Assembly (NCBI GenBank): GCA_041661045.1 | Contig: JBAZVE010000001.1 | Coordinates: 60,001 to 92,000, forward strand | Reading direction: 5' to 3' | Length of the DNA stretch: 32,000 bases | Source: Candidatus Saccharimonadota bacterium | GTDB lineage: Bacteria > Patescibacteriota > Gracilibacteria > UBA1369 > 2-02-FULL-48-14 | Notes under the pieces: generated by a model | Database searches by the model: none | What the model was told of the DNA's origin: nothing | Seen by the model: the letters and a program-made list of their open reading frames with translations, nothing else | In this document: positions 15,403 through 26,556 of the stretch, piece after piece | How the letters are laid out: the number at the start of each line of letters is the position of its first letter | How positions within the stretch are numbered: position 1 is the first letter of the stretch | Position numbers and translations under genes: made by a program

Positions 15403-16853
15403 ATGACTGCTCTCTACCGAAAATATCGGCCGCAAAGCTTTGGGGATCTGCAGGGGCAGAGCGCTATTCGAACCACGCTGCTGGAGGCGCTGAAGCAGAA
15501 TCGTTTGGTGCATGCGTATCTGTTTTCCGGGCCAAGGGGAACGGGTAAAACCACCACGGCGCGATTGATTGCCAAGGCTATTCAATGTGAAAAACGGCTG
15601 GATACGGGAGAGGCGTGCGGTGAATGCGAGATTTGTAAAATCAATGCCAGGGGGGATTTGGTGGATTTGGTGGAGATTGATGCGGCGTCCAATCGGGGAA
15701 TTGATGAGATTCGGGATTTGCGGGAGAAAATTCGTTTTGCACCCACACATGCCAAGACCAAAGTCTATATTATTGATGAGGTTCACATGCTCACCAAGGA
15801 GGCGTTCAACGCCCTGCTCAAGAGCTTGGAAGAACCCCCCTCCCACATTGTTTTTATTTTGGCGACCACGGAATTGCATAAAATTCCGGAGACTATTTTG
15901 TCGCGCTGCCAACGCTATGATTTTAAACGGATTTCGGAGCGGGAGATTGTGGCGCGGCTGGAGTGGATTGCGGCGAAAGAGAAAATGGAGTTTGAGCCGG
16001 CGGCTTTGGAGCTTTTGGCCAAGCGCGCGGAGGGAGGAATGCGTGATGCGATTTCGCTTTTTGAGCAGTTTGGCGGGGAGAAGGTGACCGAAGCGCGCGT
16101 ACGACAAAGGCTGGGCCTCACCGATCATCAATCGTGTGAAGAGCTGTACTCTGCCTTGGGCAGTGCGGATTCCGAGAGAGGCCTGCGGGTGATTGAGAAT
16201 CTGTACCAAGAGGGTTACGATTTGCAGCAATTCACCACCAGTTTTTTGTCTTATTTACGAGGCAAAATTCACAGCGCTGTGGCTGAAAAAAAGCAGGGCG
16301 TGCTTCCCAAACTTTTGGATTGGGCGGAACTCTTTGATGATGCGTGGGTGAAACTCAAACGGGCCAGCATTGCCACTCTGCCTTTGGAAATTGCCGTTTT
16401 GCGAGCGGTTCAGGGGAAGGAAGTGGTGCAAAAAATAGAGACCGTGCAGGCCCCGTTGACGGCGAAGCCGAGTGCAAGCCCGGCTTTTACTCAAGAGAAA
16501 CGGCCCGAAGGTTTGGTGCATTTGGATGCGCTTCGTAAACAACTCCCCAAAGTCATCAGCAGCATTTCGAATCCTGCAATACGCGCTTCCTTTCAAACGG
16601 GACAATTGAAAAATATTGAAGGTGAAAAACTGACTTTTATTTTTTCTACAAAGTTTCATTTGAGTAAAGTGGAGCATCCGGAGGCTCTTGTGGAGATTGA
16701 GAATGCACTCAAAACTGTTCTTGGACAGGAAGTGAAATTGCATCTTGAGCTTGAGGAAATTTTGACTCCTTCCGTGATGAGCGCTGCCGCCGTCGGTGCT
16801 CCGGCACTGGACTCCCAAGATATTGGCTGGGATACTGTGGAAGAACCTTTGCC

Positions 16854-16857
<4 letters not shown>
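15403..16857 (+). CDS. dnaX: DNA polymerase III subunit gamma/tau
   Basis: The track ORF starts at TTG 15382. The ATG at 15403 gives MTALYRKYRPQSFGDLQGQ.., GPRGTGKTTTARLIAKA (Walker A), the Zn module CGECEIC, IIDEVHML and SRCQRYDF. Confidence 0.93.
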
Positions 16858-19930
<3,073 letters not shown>

Positions 19931-19950
19931 ATACAGATTAAATTCCACTT

Positions 19951-20343
19951 ATGGCAGACCTGAACCCACTGTACGACCCCAAGACCGACAACCTCGCGAC
20001 CCCTCCCGAGGTCCAAACTATGCTGAATCAAGCTCCAAAAGCGGATTCCTGGACCAGCGAGGAACAGACCTTTTTGACGGATATTTTGGCTAAGGTGGAG
20101 GCTGGAACAATTCAGCTCTACTCCCCCAGTTCTCTGCTCAATGCCGCGGTTTATGAAGCCCTTTCTCCCGAACTCAAGGCCAAGGCCGATCAAAGCACCC
20201 CATCGATGCTGACCGCCATCCGTGAAATTGTGAATTTGATGAAACTCAACCCCGAGCCCAGTACGGCCGTTCAAAGCCTGGTGGGCACGCTTTTGGTCTC
20301 CAAAAAACGCCTGGAAGAAGCCGGTGATATTTTTATAATTTAG
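19951..20343 (+). CDS. hypothetical protein (130 aa)
   Basis: ORF with its own promoter, followed 3 nt later by the next gene. No motif recognised. Confidence 0.7.
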   Translation: MADLNPLYDPKTDNLATPPEVQTMLNQAPKADSWTSEEQTFLTDILAKVEAGTIQLYSPSSLLNAAVYEALSPELKAKADQSTPSMLTAIREIVNLMKLNPEPSTAVQSLVGTLLVSKKRLEEAGDIFII

Positions 20344-20346
20344 ATT

Positions 20347-21915
20347 ATGGCCTCAACAAACCAACCTTCAGAAAATCCCTCAAGTGAACCGGTGGATAAA
20401 GACCTCCGAGAAGCCGATGCGCTTTTGCGAAAAATTGCTGAAAAAGAGGGCAAACAACTGACTCGATTGGAAAAGTCGGAGTTGGTGGGGGATTTGAATA
20501 TTAAGATCACAAACTTGCAGAAAAAGATCACTGACGATGTGGCGAAAGCTCCGGACAAACAAAACCTGAGGAAGCGCAAAGATTGGGCGGACCGCCGAGA
20601 TGACCTCACCGAAAAACGCGCGGAAATTTTGAAGCAGCCCGATGAAAAAGCGGATGCCCGGATTGCAGAAGTGCAAGATCAAATGATCGCTGAGGGAAAA
20701 GAGGCTGAGGCCGCCCGGGCTGAGATCAAAACTCTTACTGACAATATTGCAAAATGGGAAGCTGAATTGGCCCCTCTTCGGAGCTCTCAAAACCCAAATG
20801 ACCTTGAAAGGGCCGCCAATCTTGCGGATGACATTAAGGCAGCGAAGAAAGACTTGGAACGAAAAACAGACGGGGGTAAAAATGAAGTCCTTTTGGATAC
20901 TCGCCAGAGACAGGCCGCCGAATTGGCTACAAAGGCAGAGGCCCTGCGCGTTGAGAAAGAGGAAAGCGCAAAGGCCGATCAACAGTTGACTGAAGACCTG
21001 GAGAGTTTGGATTCCGCTGCAGAGGGTACCGCGAGTACGGAGTCTGCCCCTGCTGCTCCTGCCGAAGGCACACCGCCGCCCGAGGGTACACCGCCTGCTC
21101 CAGGTGAGACCCCTCCAGCTGATTCTGATGAGACTGCACCACCCACCGAAGGCACGGAGACAAGCGAAGAGCCCCTTACCGATGAAGAAAAAGCGGCGCT
21201 CAAGAAAGAAGTGTTGAATGGTGCTGCCGCCCAGGTTGCTCACAGCTTAACCCTGAGTCTTCTGGATGGGAAACCGGATAAAGATGCCAATATGCTCGAG
21301 GGCTTTGAGTGGACTATGAAAATTGGCCTTTTGAAACTTGCTTTGGTTTTTGGCGGAGAGCCCAAGTGGACTCAACTTTTGACTCAGGATCAAAAAGATA
21401 AGCTCTTTGCAGATGCCGGCATGGTGATCACTCAAGAAGCTCGAACAACGGGTAAAAAAGCCGGACAAATGCGCACCATCATCAAGTGGGAGAAAGTGCC
21501 CGAGGCACGGCCCATCCCCGAAACCATGGTGCCGGTTTTTGAAGCCGCTTTTGGTAAGGATGAAAAAGCCATGAATGCGGCCTTTGCAGATATATATCCG
21601 GAGACCACCGTGACCAATCTCCGCGATCCTCTTCCCAAGCCTCTGGTGGAGGCAAAAGACATCAAAATGGCGGCTTTCCTCGATGCCATGATAGCGGCCG
21701 GGGCCACTCCCGACACTAAAATTATAGAGTTCTTCGGTGTTGGAGGGAACGCCGCCTTGGTGAAAAATGCGCTGCCAGCTGCCGAGGTTCCAGCTGCAGA
21801 AGGTGAGACTCCGGCTGCCGAGGTTCCAGCTGCAGAAGGTGAAACTCCGGCTGAAGCAAGTGCTCCTGCTGCCGAGGGTGAGACTCCGGCCCCTGAAGCA
21901 CCTCCTGCTCAGTAA
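20347..21915 (+). CDS. hypothetical protein: charged coiled-coil N-terminus, Pro/Thr/Glu-rich linker, globular C-domain, repeat tail
   Basis: 522-aa ORF. The N-terminal ~215 aa are K/E/A/D-rich with heptad-like sequence. Linker EGTPPPEGTPPAPGETPPADSDETAPPTEGTETSEEP. C-terminal tail AAEVPAAEGETP x2 plus a variant copy. A terminator follows. Confidence 0.8.
   Translation: MASTNQPSENPSSEPVDKDLREADALLRKIAEKEGKQLTRLEKSELVGDLNIKITNLQKKITDDVAKAPDKQNLRKRKDWADRRDDLTEKRAEILKQPDEKADARIAEVQDQMIAEGKEAEAARAEIKTLTDNIAKWEAELAPLRSSQNPNDLERAANLADDIKAAKKDLERKTDGGKNEVLLDTRQRQAAELATKAEALRVEKEESAKADQQLTEDLESLDSAAEGTASTESAPAAPAEGTPPPEGTPPAPGETPPADSDETAPPTEGTETSEEPLTDEEKAALKKEVLNGAAAQVAHSLTLSLLDGKPDKDANMLEGFEWTMKIGLLKLALVFGGEPKWTQLLTQDQKDKLFADAGMVITQEARTTGKKAGQMRTIIKWEKVPEARPIPETMVPVFEAAFGKDEKAMNAAFADIYPETTVTNLRDPLPKPLVEAKDIKMAAFLDAMIAAGATPDTKIIEFFGVGGNAALVKNALPAAEVPAAEGETPAAEVPAAEGETPAEASAPAAEGETPAPEAPPAQ
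21778..21888 (+). repeat. 36-nt in-frame tandem repeat (2 near-identical copies plus 1 diverged copy)
   Basis: GCTGCCGAGGTTCCAGCTGCAGAAGGTGA(G/A)ACTCCG at 21778..21813 and 21814..21849 (1 mismatch). A diverged copy lies at 21850..21888. Confidence 0.85.
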
Positions 21916-21953
21916 GTTAAAGTGGCTTTCTTGAGCCATAAAGGTGTTGTTTG

Positions 21954-21978
21954 AGTCCGCCCGGGCGGACTTTCTTTT
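21954..21978 (+). terminator. intrinsic terminator (palindrome plus T-tract) after 20347..21915
   Basis: AGTCCGCCCGGGCGGACT is a perfect palindrome (21954..21971), followed by TTCTTTT. The identical 20-mer recurs at 29738..29757. Confidence 0.6.
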
Positions 21979-22005
21979 GCGTGCAGAGAAAAATGATTCT
22001 ATACT
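21977..22005 (+). promoter_or_regulatory. candidate promoter for 22015..22539, near-leaderless
   Basis: TTGCGT (21977..21982), 17-nt spacer, TATACT (22000..22005), then 9 nt to ATG at 22015. Confidence 0.45.
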
Positions 22006-22014
22006 GTCACCGTT

Positions 22015-22539
22015 ATGGATCCAATCACGCCAAACAATAACGGTTCTTCCACTGGTGGAACTCCTCCACCTCCTCCACCCCCGCCAACCGGGGCTTCTGC
22101 GCAGCAAGCTGCGGGACAGGGAGCGGCTCAGCAGGGACAGTTCACGATTCCTCAGGTGGTTCAGGATAAATATCCGGAGCTGATTGAACTGATCAAAAAA
22201 ACAGAATCGATGTCCAATGAAGAGCGAGATTATTGGTTCCAGATTTTGCCGATCATGACGCCGGACCAAATCAATCGACTTAAAAATATTTTGAGTGAAG
22301 AAGTGACTCAGTTGTCCAAACTGGACGATCAATATCAAGAAGAATTGGCCAAGCTCAATAAAAAACATGTGGAGGAATGGGATGTGTTCCAAAAGAAGCA
22401 AGAGCGAGAGACTTTGAAAGCGGAAGAGGCCAGCCACGAGGCGGCAGAGGCGGAGGCGGAAGAGGACATCCTGAAAAAGCTGGAGGAAGATACGGGATCC
22501 GCGGGCAGCGCGGGCGCCGGGGCAACTCCTCAGGTTTAG
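22015..22539 (+). CDS. Pro-rich protein with conserved helical domain (paralog of 2975..3709)
   Basis: 174 aa. N-terminus GGTPPPPPPPPTGASAQQAAGQGAAQQGQ. Then SMSNEERDYWFQILPIMTPDQINRLKNILSEEVTQLSKL..LAKLNKKHVEEW aligns with SLTKDEKKKIVDSIPKLRQEQVDELIRIFEEERTKFIEL..LKKLEEEHAADW of the 244-aa protein. Confidence 0.8.
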   Translation: MDPITPNNNGSSTGGTPPPPPPPPTGASAQQAAGQGAAQQGQFTIPQVVQDKYPELIELIKKTESMSNEERDYWFQILPIMTPDQINRLKNILSEEVTQLSKLDDQYQEELAKLNKKHVEEWDVFQKKQERETLKAEEASHEAAEAEAEEDILKKLEEDTGSAGSAGAGATPQV

Positions 22540-23363
22540 TCGATCAGTTCGGCCGTCACCACCAAGCGCTTGAGGGCCGTGCCCACGGGGGTGCAGGTCA
22601 TGAGGGTGAGGTTTTTTTGGTCGCCTTGTTTTAGAATACTGGTGTCCGTGGGGCTCACTTCTTTTTTGGAGACCACTCTGTAGTGGAACTCTTCTTGCTC
22701 ATGCGTGATGAAGATGTCCGCACCCACTTCTATTTTGGGCAAAAGGGCGAAAACCGTGTTGTAGGGGCTGAACTCCCAAAGCACATTGGAACTGTGTCCG
22801 GTGTAAAAAGCATTCCCCATTTTTCCGGGCTCGGCGGTCCCCGGGTAATGGGCGATTCCGGTCAAGAGACTTCCACGAATTTGATCTTCCAATGCGTTCC
22901 AATCCTTAGCCTCCAAAGCGTCCAGGCCCAGTTGCGGCTCCACAATGGGAGCATTGATTTGAAGTGAAGGCACTTGCAGACGATTATCGTAACTCGTGGG
23001 CGTGAGGCTCAGAGCCAACAGTTGATCGTCTGCGCCGGAGATGGGGAGCACCGCAAGTTCCGGGGTGGCCGCCTCTTCCATTTTTTGGGCGATGGGCCCT
23101 TGCAGGCTGGCCATAATCATTTTTGCATACGCGGGTGCATTGGTAATACTGAAAAGCAGCACAAAGATGGCAAGGGCCGTGAATGCGAACTGCTTCACGG
23201 TACCTAAAAAAGCAAATCTGCCCATGGTTCTGGGCCAAAAAACGGCTTCGTGAGCCGAAAGATCCAGTCGCACAAAGGATTCTTCCTCCAAAGCAAGAAT
23301 TTTCCGGTCCACTTGGAAGGCCAAGCGGGAAATGAGGTCCGAGAAGGATGGGTGTGGATTCAC
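22536..23363 (-). CDS. sortase family transpeptidase, membrane-anchored
   Basis: Active-site motif LTLMTCTP (TLxTC), His in FYTGHSSN, conserved Arg in KRLVVTAEL, and N-terminal TM FAFTALAIFVLLFSI. Confidence 0.85.
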   Translation of the reverse strand: MNPHPSFSDLISRLAFQVDRKILALEEESFVRLDLSAHEAVFWPRTMGRFAFLGTVKQFAFTALAIFVLLFSITNAPAYAKMIMASLQGPIAQKMEEAATPELAVLPISGADDQLLALSLTPTSYDNRLQVPSLQINAPIVEPQLGLDALEAKDWNALEDQIRGSLLTGIAHYPGTAEPGKMGNAFYTGHSSNVLWEFSPYNTVFALLPKIEVGADIFITHEQEEFHYRVVSKKEVSPTDTSILKQGDQKNLTLMTCTPVGTALKRLVVTAELID

Positions 23364-23366
23364 GCT

Positions 23367-24473
23367 CTAATTATAGCACATTATGCCTCCTCCAACCAGT
23401 TCTGTTCCTCTATAAAGCACCACGGACTGGCCCGGCATCACGGCGCGCTCGGGCTGCAAAAAATGAACTTTGGTGCCAGCCTCCGTTTTTATGAGCCTGG
23501 CCTTGCTGAAATGGCCCAAGCTTCTCACTCTTGCATCAAAAATCTCATCTTCTTCCGGAGCTTTTCCGGAAAGAAAGTTGAAGTCTCGTACAGGGATTTC
23601 CGTGCTTAAAATGTCTTCCTCTTTCCCCACAATGAGCACATTTTTAATGGTGTCCATTTTGTTTACGAATAAAGCAGGTCCACCGCCCACCCCTATCCCT
23701 TTGCGCTGGCCAACGGTGTAAAAAGGAAGACCTTGGTGCTCTCCCACTTCTTTCCCAGTGGCATCTTTGATCTTCCCCGGCTTAAAATCTTTGCCGGGCT
23801 TCAAGTGTCGTTTTAAAAATTCGACATATGTTTTTTCAGGATAAAAACAAACCCCTTGGCTTTCGCGTTTGTTCTCCAACTCGGTGAGTCCAAATTTCTT
23901 GGCAAGTTCCCTCACCTCCGGCTTGGTGAAATCTCCCAATGGAAATTTAATTTTTTTGAGTTTGTCTTGGCTGAGGTTATATAAAAAGTAAGTCTGGTCC
24001 TTCGCTGCGTCTTTTCCACGGTGCAGGTGGACTTCTCCTTCCTCATCTGTAATGAGTTTGGCGTAATGACCGGTGGCCAAATAGTCGCAGCCCAGTTCTT
24101 CCATTTTCTTGAAGAGTTCTCCAAATTTTACCGTTTTGTTGCAGCGTACGCAGGGATTTGGGGTCTCCCCCTCCTTGAACCCCTCCAAGAAAAAGTCCAC
24201 AACGGCGCCCTTGAAGGTTTCTTCAAAATTGATGCTGTAAAAAGGCATGCCCAATTTCTGACAAATAGACCTGGCAAACATGAGTGAGCCAATGGAGCAG
24301 CATTTGTTTTGTGGGAATTTTTTCCGATCCTCCAGGTCGAATACAACGGGATCGGCCCACAAATTCATGTACACTCCAATGCACTCGTAGCCCTGCTCTT
24401 TTAAAAGCGCGGCCGTCACGGATGAATCGAGCCCGCCGGACATGCCAAGCAATATTTTTCCTTTTGACTTCAT
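23367..24473 (-). CDS. mnmA: tRNA 2-thiouridine(34) synthase
   Basis: PP-loop ILLGMSGGLDSSV, then NPCVRCNKTVKFGELF, ATGHYA and KDQTYFL. I prefer ATG 24473 to the track's TTG at 24488. Confidence 0.93.
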   Translation of the reverse strand: MKSKGKILLGMSGGLDSSVTAALLKEQGYECIGVYMNLWADPVVFDLEDRKKFPQNKCCSIGSLMFARSICQKLGMPFYSINFEETFKGAVVDFFLEGFKEGETPNPCVRCNKTVKFGELFKKMEELGCDYLATGHYAKLITDEEGEVHLHRGKDAAKDQTYFLYNLSQDKLKKIKFPLGDFTKPEVRELAKKFGLTELENKRESQGVCFYPEKTYVEFLKRHLKPGKDFKPGKIKDATGKEVGEHQGLPFYTVGQRKGIGVGGGPALFVNKMDTIKNVLIVGKEEDILSTEIPVRDFNFLSGKAPEEDEIFDARVRSLGHFSKARLIKTEAGTKVHFLQPERAVMPGQSVVLYRGTELVGGGIMCYN

Positions 24474-24507
24474 AAAATTCTTGCCCAAAGGGCTTTGTTA
24501 ATATAAA

Positions 24508-26556
24508 ATGGGAAATCAGTCTAGTCAACTGGCTATGATTACATCCGTCCTCACTGCCGCCAAAAAATATCTTCCGGACCTCAATGAGCCTAGGGTTCTC
24601 CGTGCCTATGAATTTGCGAAAAAAGCCCATGAGGGGCAGTTGCGAAAAGATGGAGCCCCCTACATCACTCACCCTGTTTCAGCGGCTGTCATTTTGACTG
24701 AACTCCATGTGGATGAAGACACTTTGATCGCCTGTTTGCTCCATGATGTGCCTGAGGACACTTCAGCCACTCTTGAAGAGATTGAAGCCGCGTTTGGCCC
24801 CAAAGTGGAATTTTTGGTGGATGGGATCACCAAACTTTCTAAAGTGCATTACCGCAACGATATGGAGGAACGGCAAATCGACTCCCTCAAAAAACTGTTT
24901 TTACACTCGGCAAAAGATCCCCGCATTATTTTGGTGAAGCTGGCGGATCGTCTCCACAATATGCAAACCATCGATGCCATCCCCAATCCCCTCAAACGAG
25001 AACGCATCGCACGGGAGACTTTGGAAATCTTTGTGCCCATCGCCAACCTGCTCGGCATCTGGGAACTCAAAAATCAACTGGAGGATCACTGTTTCCGCGT
25101 GCTTGCTCCAAAGGAATATGCGGAGATTGACCAACTTGTGAAGAGTTCTGCGATGCAAAAAGCAAATGTCCTTAAAAAAACCTTGAGGAAAGTGGAGACC
25201 CTTTTGGAATCGAAGAAAATCATGGACTTTGATGTGAAGGGCCGCCAAAAAAACCTCTACAGCATTTATCGTAAAATGTTGCGAACGGGAAAAAGTTTTC
25301 ATGAAATCTATGATTTGCTCGGCATTCGTGTTTTAGTCCCGGACATTGGCGCGTGTTACCAAGTACTTGGAATTTTGCATCAAAGTTTTACCCCAAAAAT
25401 CGGGCGCCTTAAGGATTATATTGCCATCCCAAAATCCAACGGATACCAAAGCATTCACACCACGGTTTTTGGAATAGGCGGAGTGATTACTGAGTTTCAA
25501 ATCCGAACTTATGATATGCATCTTGAAAACGAATATGGAATCGCGGCTCATTATTTTTATTCTGCGGCTCACAAGAAACAGGCCCAAGTAAAAAAGAAAT
25601 TTGAAAAGAAATATGAATGGGTGAAACAAATTTTGGATTTGCAGCGAAGCATCTCCAGCAACAAACAATTCCTTGAACATTTAAAACTGGATGTTTTTGA
25701 GGACCGTATTTTTGTCTTTACTCCAAAGGGGGATGTGATTGACCTCCCCGTGGGCTCAACGGTTCTGGATTTTGCCTATCAAATCCATAGTGATGTGGGG
25801 ATGCTCGCGGTTTCTGCCGATATCAATGGCCGTCCCCACCCCCTCAGTGCTCCTCTCAAAAGCGGGGACACGGTTCTCATCCACACTTCTGAATCGGCCG
25901 AGGGCCCTCAGGTGGACTGGCTTGAGACCGTTCACACCAATTTGGCGCGGACTCGCATTCGTGAATATCTTAAAGAAAGAGATCGAACTTCTGTTTTGCA
26001 TCAGGCTGAGGAATTGCTGGATCACAAAATCCGCATTTTGGGCTTCCCCGGACTTGCCAGCGTCAGCAGTCTACAAAAAATCATGGCTCTGGAACATTTT
26101 GAGATGGAAGAATGGGAAGATCTGCTTTATGAAATTGGGCATGGGACGGTACATGTCCAAGATCTGATTCATGTGCTCTTTACCGAAAAAGAATTGTTCG
26201 GTGAGGCATGCGCGCCTGTGGATATTCGTCTTTACGATCAAGTCCCTCAGAGAAAATTGGGCGCGCTCAAGCCGGAAAAAGTTCACAATATTTGCATCAC
26301 CGTGGATGGCACCAACCGCATTGGACTTTTACGAGACCTTTGTAATGAACTGGCCAATGCGGGAGTGAACATTGTCACGGTGCAATCGCTCCCACGGCAT
26401 GAGGCCGAGATCGCACGCGTTGGTTTTGTTCTTGAAATCTTAAATTTCCGCCAATATGAAGTCGCCATGCAGGCGATTCGTAAAGTCGATGGAGTCATTA
26501 CTATTGCTCGTGCCCAGGAGGATCCTATGGTTACGACGAAAACCGAAAATGCATAA
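24508..26556 (+). CDS. rel: bifunctional (p)ppGpp synthetase/hydrolase, RelA/SpoT family
   Basis: HD hydrolase domain (HPVSAAVIL..LLHDVPEDT), synthetase domain (GRQKNLYSIYRKM, DLLGIRV, GYQSIHTTV), TGS domain (IFVFTPKGDVIDLPVGSTVLDFAYQIHSDVG) and C-terminal ACT-like domain. Confidence 0.95.
   Translation: MGNQSSQLAMITSVLTAAKKYLPDLNEPRVLRAYEFAKKAHEGQLRKDGAPYITHPVSAAVILTELHVDEDTLIACLLHDVPEDTSATLEEIEAAFGPKVEFLVDGITKLSKVHYRNDMEERQIDSLKKLFLHSAKDPRIILVKLADRLHNMQTIDAIPNPLKRERIARETLEIFVPIANLLGIWELKNQLEDHCFRVLAPKEYAEIDQLVKSSAMQKANVLKKTLRKVETLLESKKIMDFDVKGRQKNLYSIYRKMLRTGKSFHEIYDLLGIRVLVPDIGACYQVLGILHQSFTPKIGRLKDYIAIPKSNGYQSIHTTVFGIGGVITEFQIRTYDMHLENEYGIAAHYFYSAAHKKQAQVKKKFEKKYEWVKQILDLQRSISSNKQFLEHLKLDVFEDRIFVFTPKGDVIDLPVGSTVLDFAYQIHSDVGMLAVSADINGRPHPLSAPLKSGDTVLIHTSESAEGPQVDWLETVHTNLARTRIREYLKERDRTSVLHQAEELLDHKIRILGFPGLASVSSLQKIMALEHFEMEEWEDLLYEIGHGTVHVQDLIHVLFTEKELFGEACAPVDIRLYDQVPQRKLGALKPEKVHNICITVDGTNRIGLLRDLCNELANAGVNIVTVQSLPRHEAEIARVGFVLEILNFRQYEVAMQAIRKVDGVITIARAQEDPMVTTKTENA

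Noticed and set aside
14914-16230. 438-aa ORF on the minus strand spanning the GT4/dnaX junction. Similar long ORFs lie at 21247..22437 (396 aa), 1764..2741 (325 aa), 28204..29085 (293 aa) and 20380..21243 (287 aa).
   Set aside because: All lie antisense to genes with clear homology-supported products. Those I phase-checked (14914..16230, 1764..2741) are in the codon-aligned antisense frame. Their translations are Leu/Arg/Phe/Gln-rich nonsense with no motifs. Depletion of TTA/CTA/TCA sense codons explains them.
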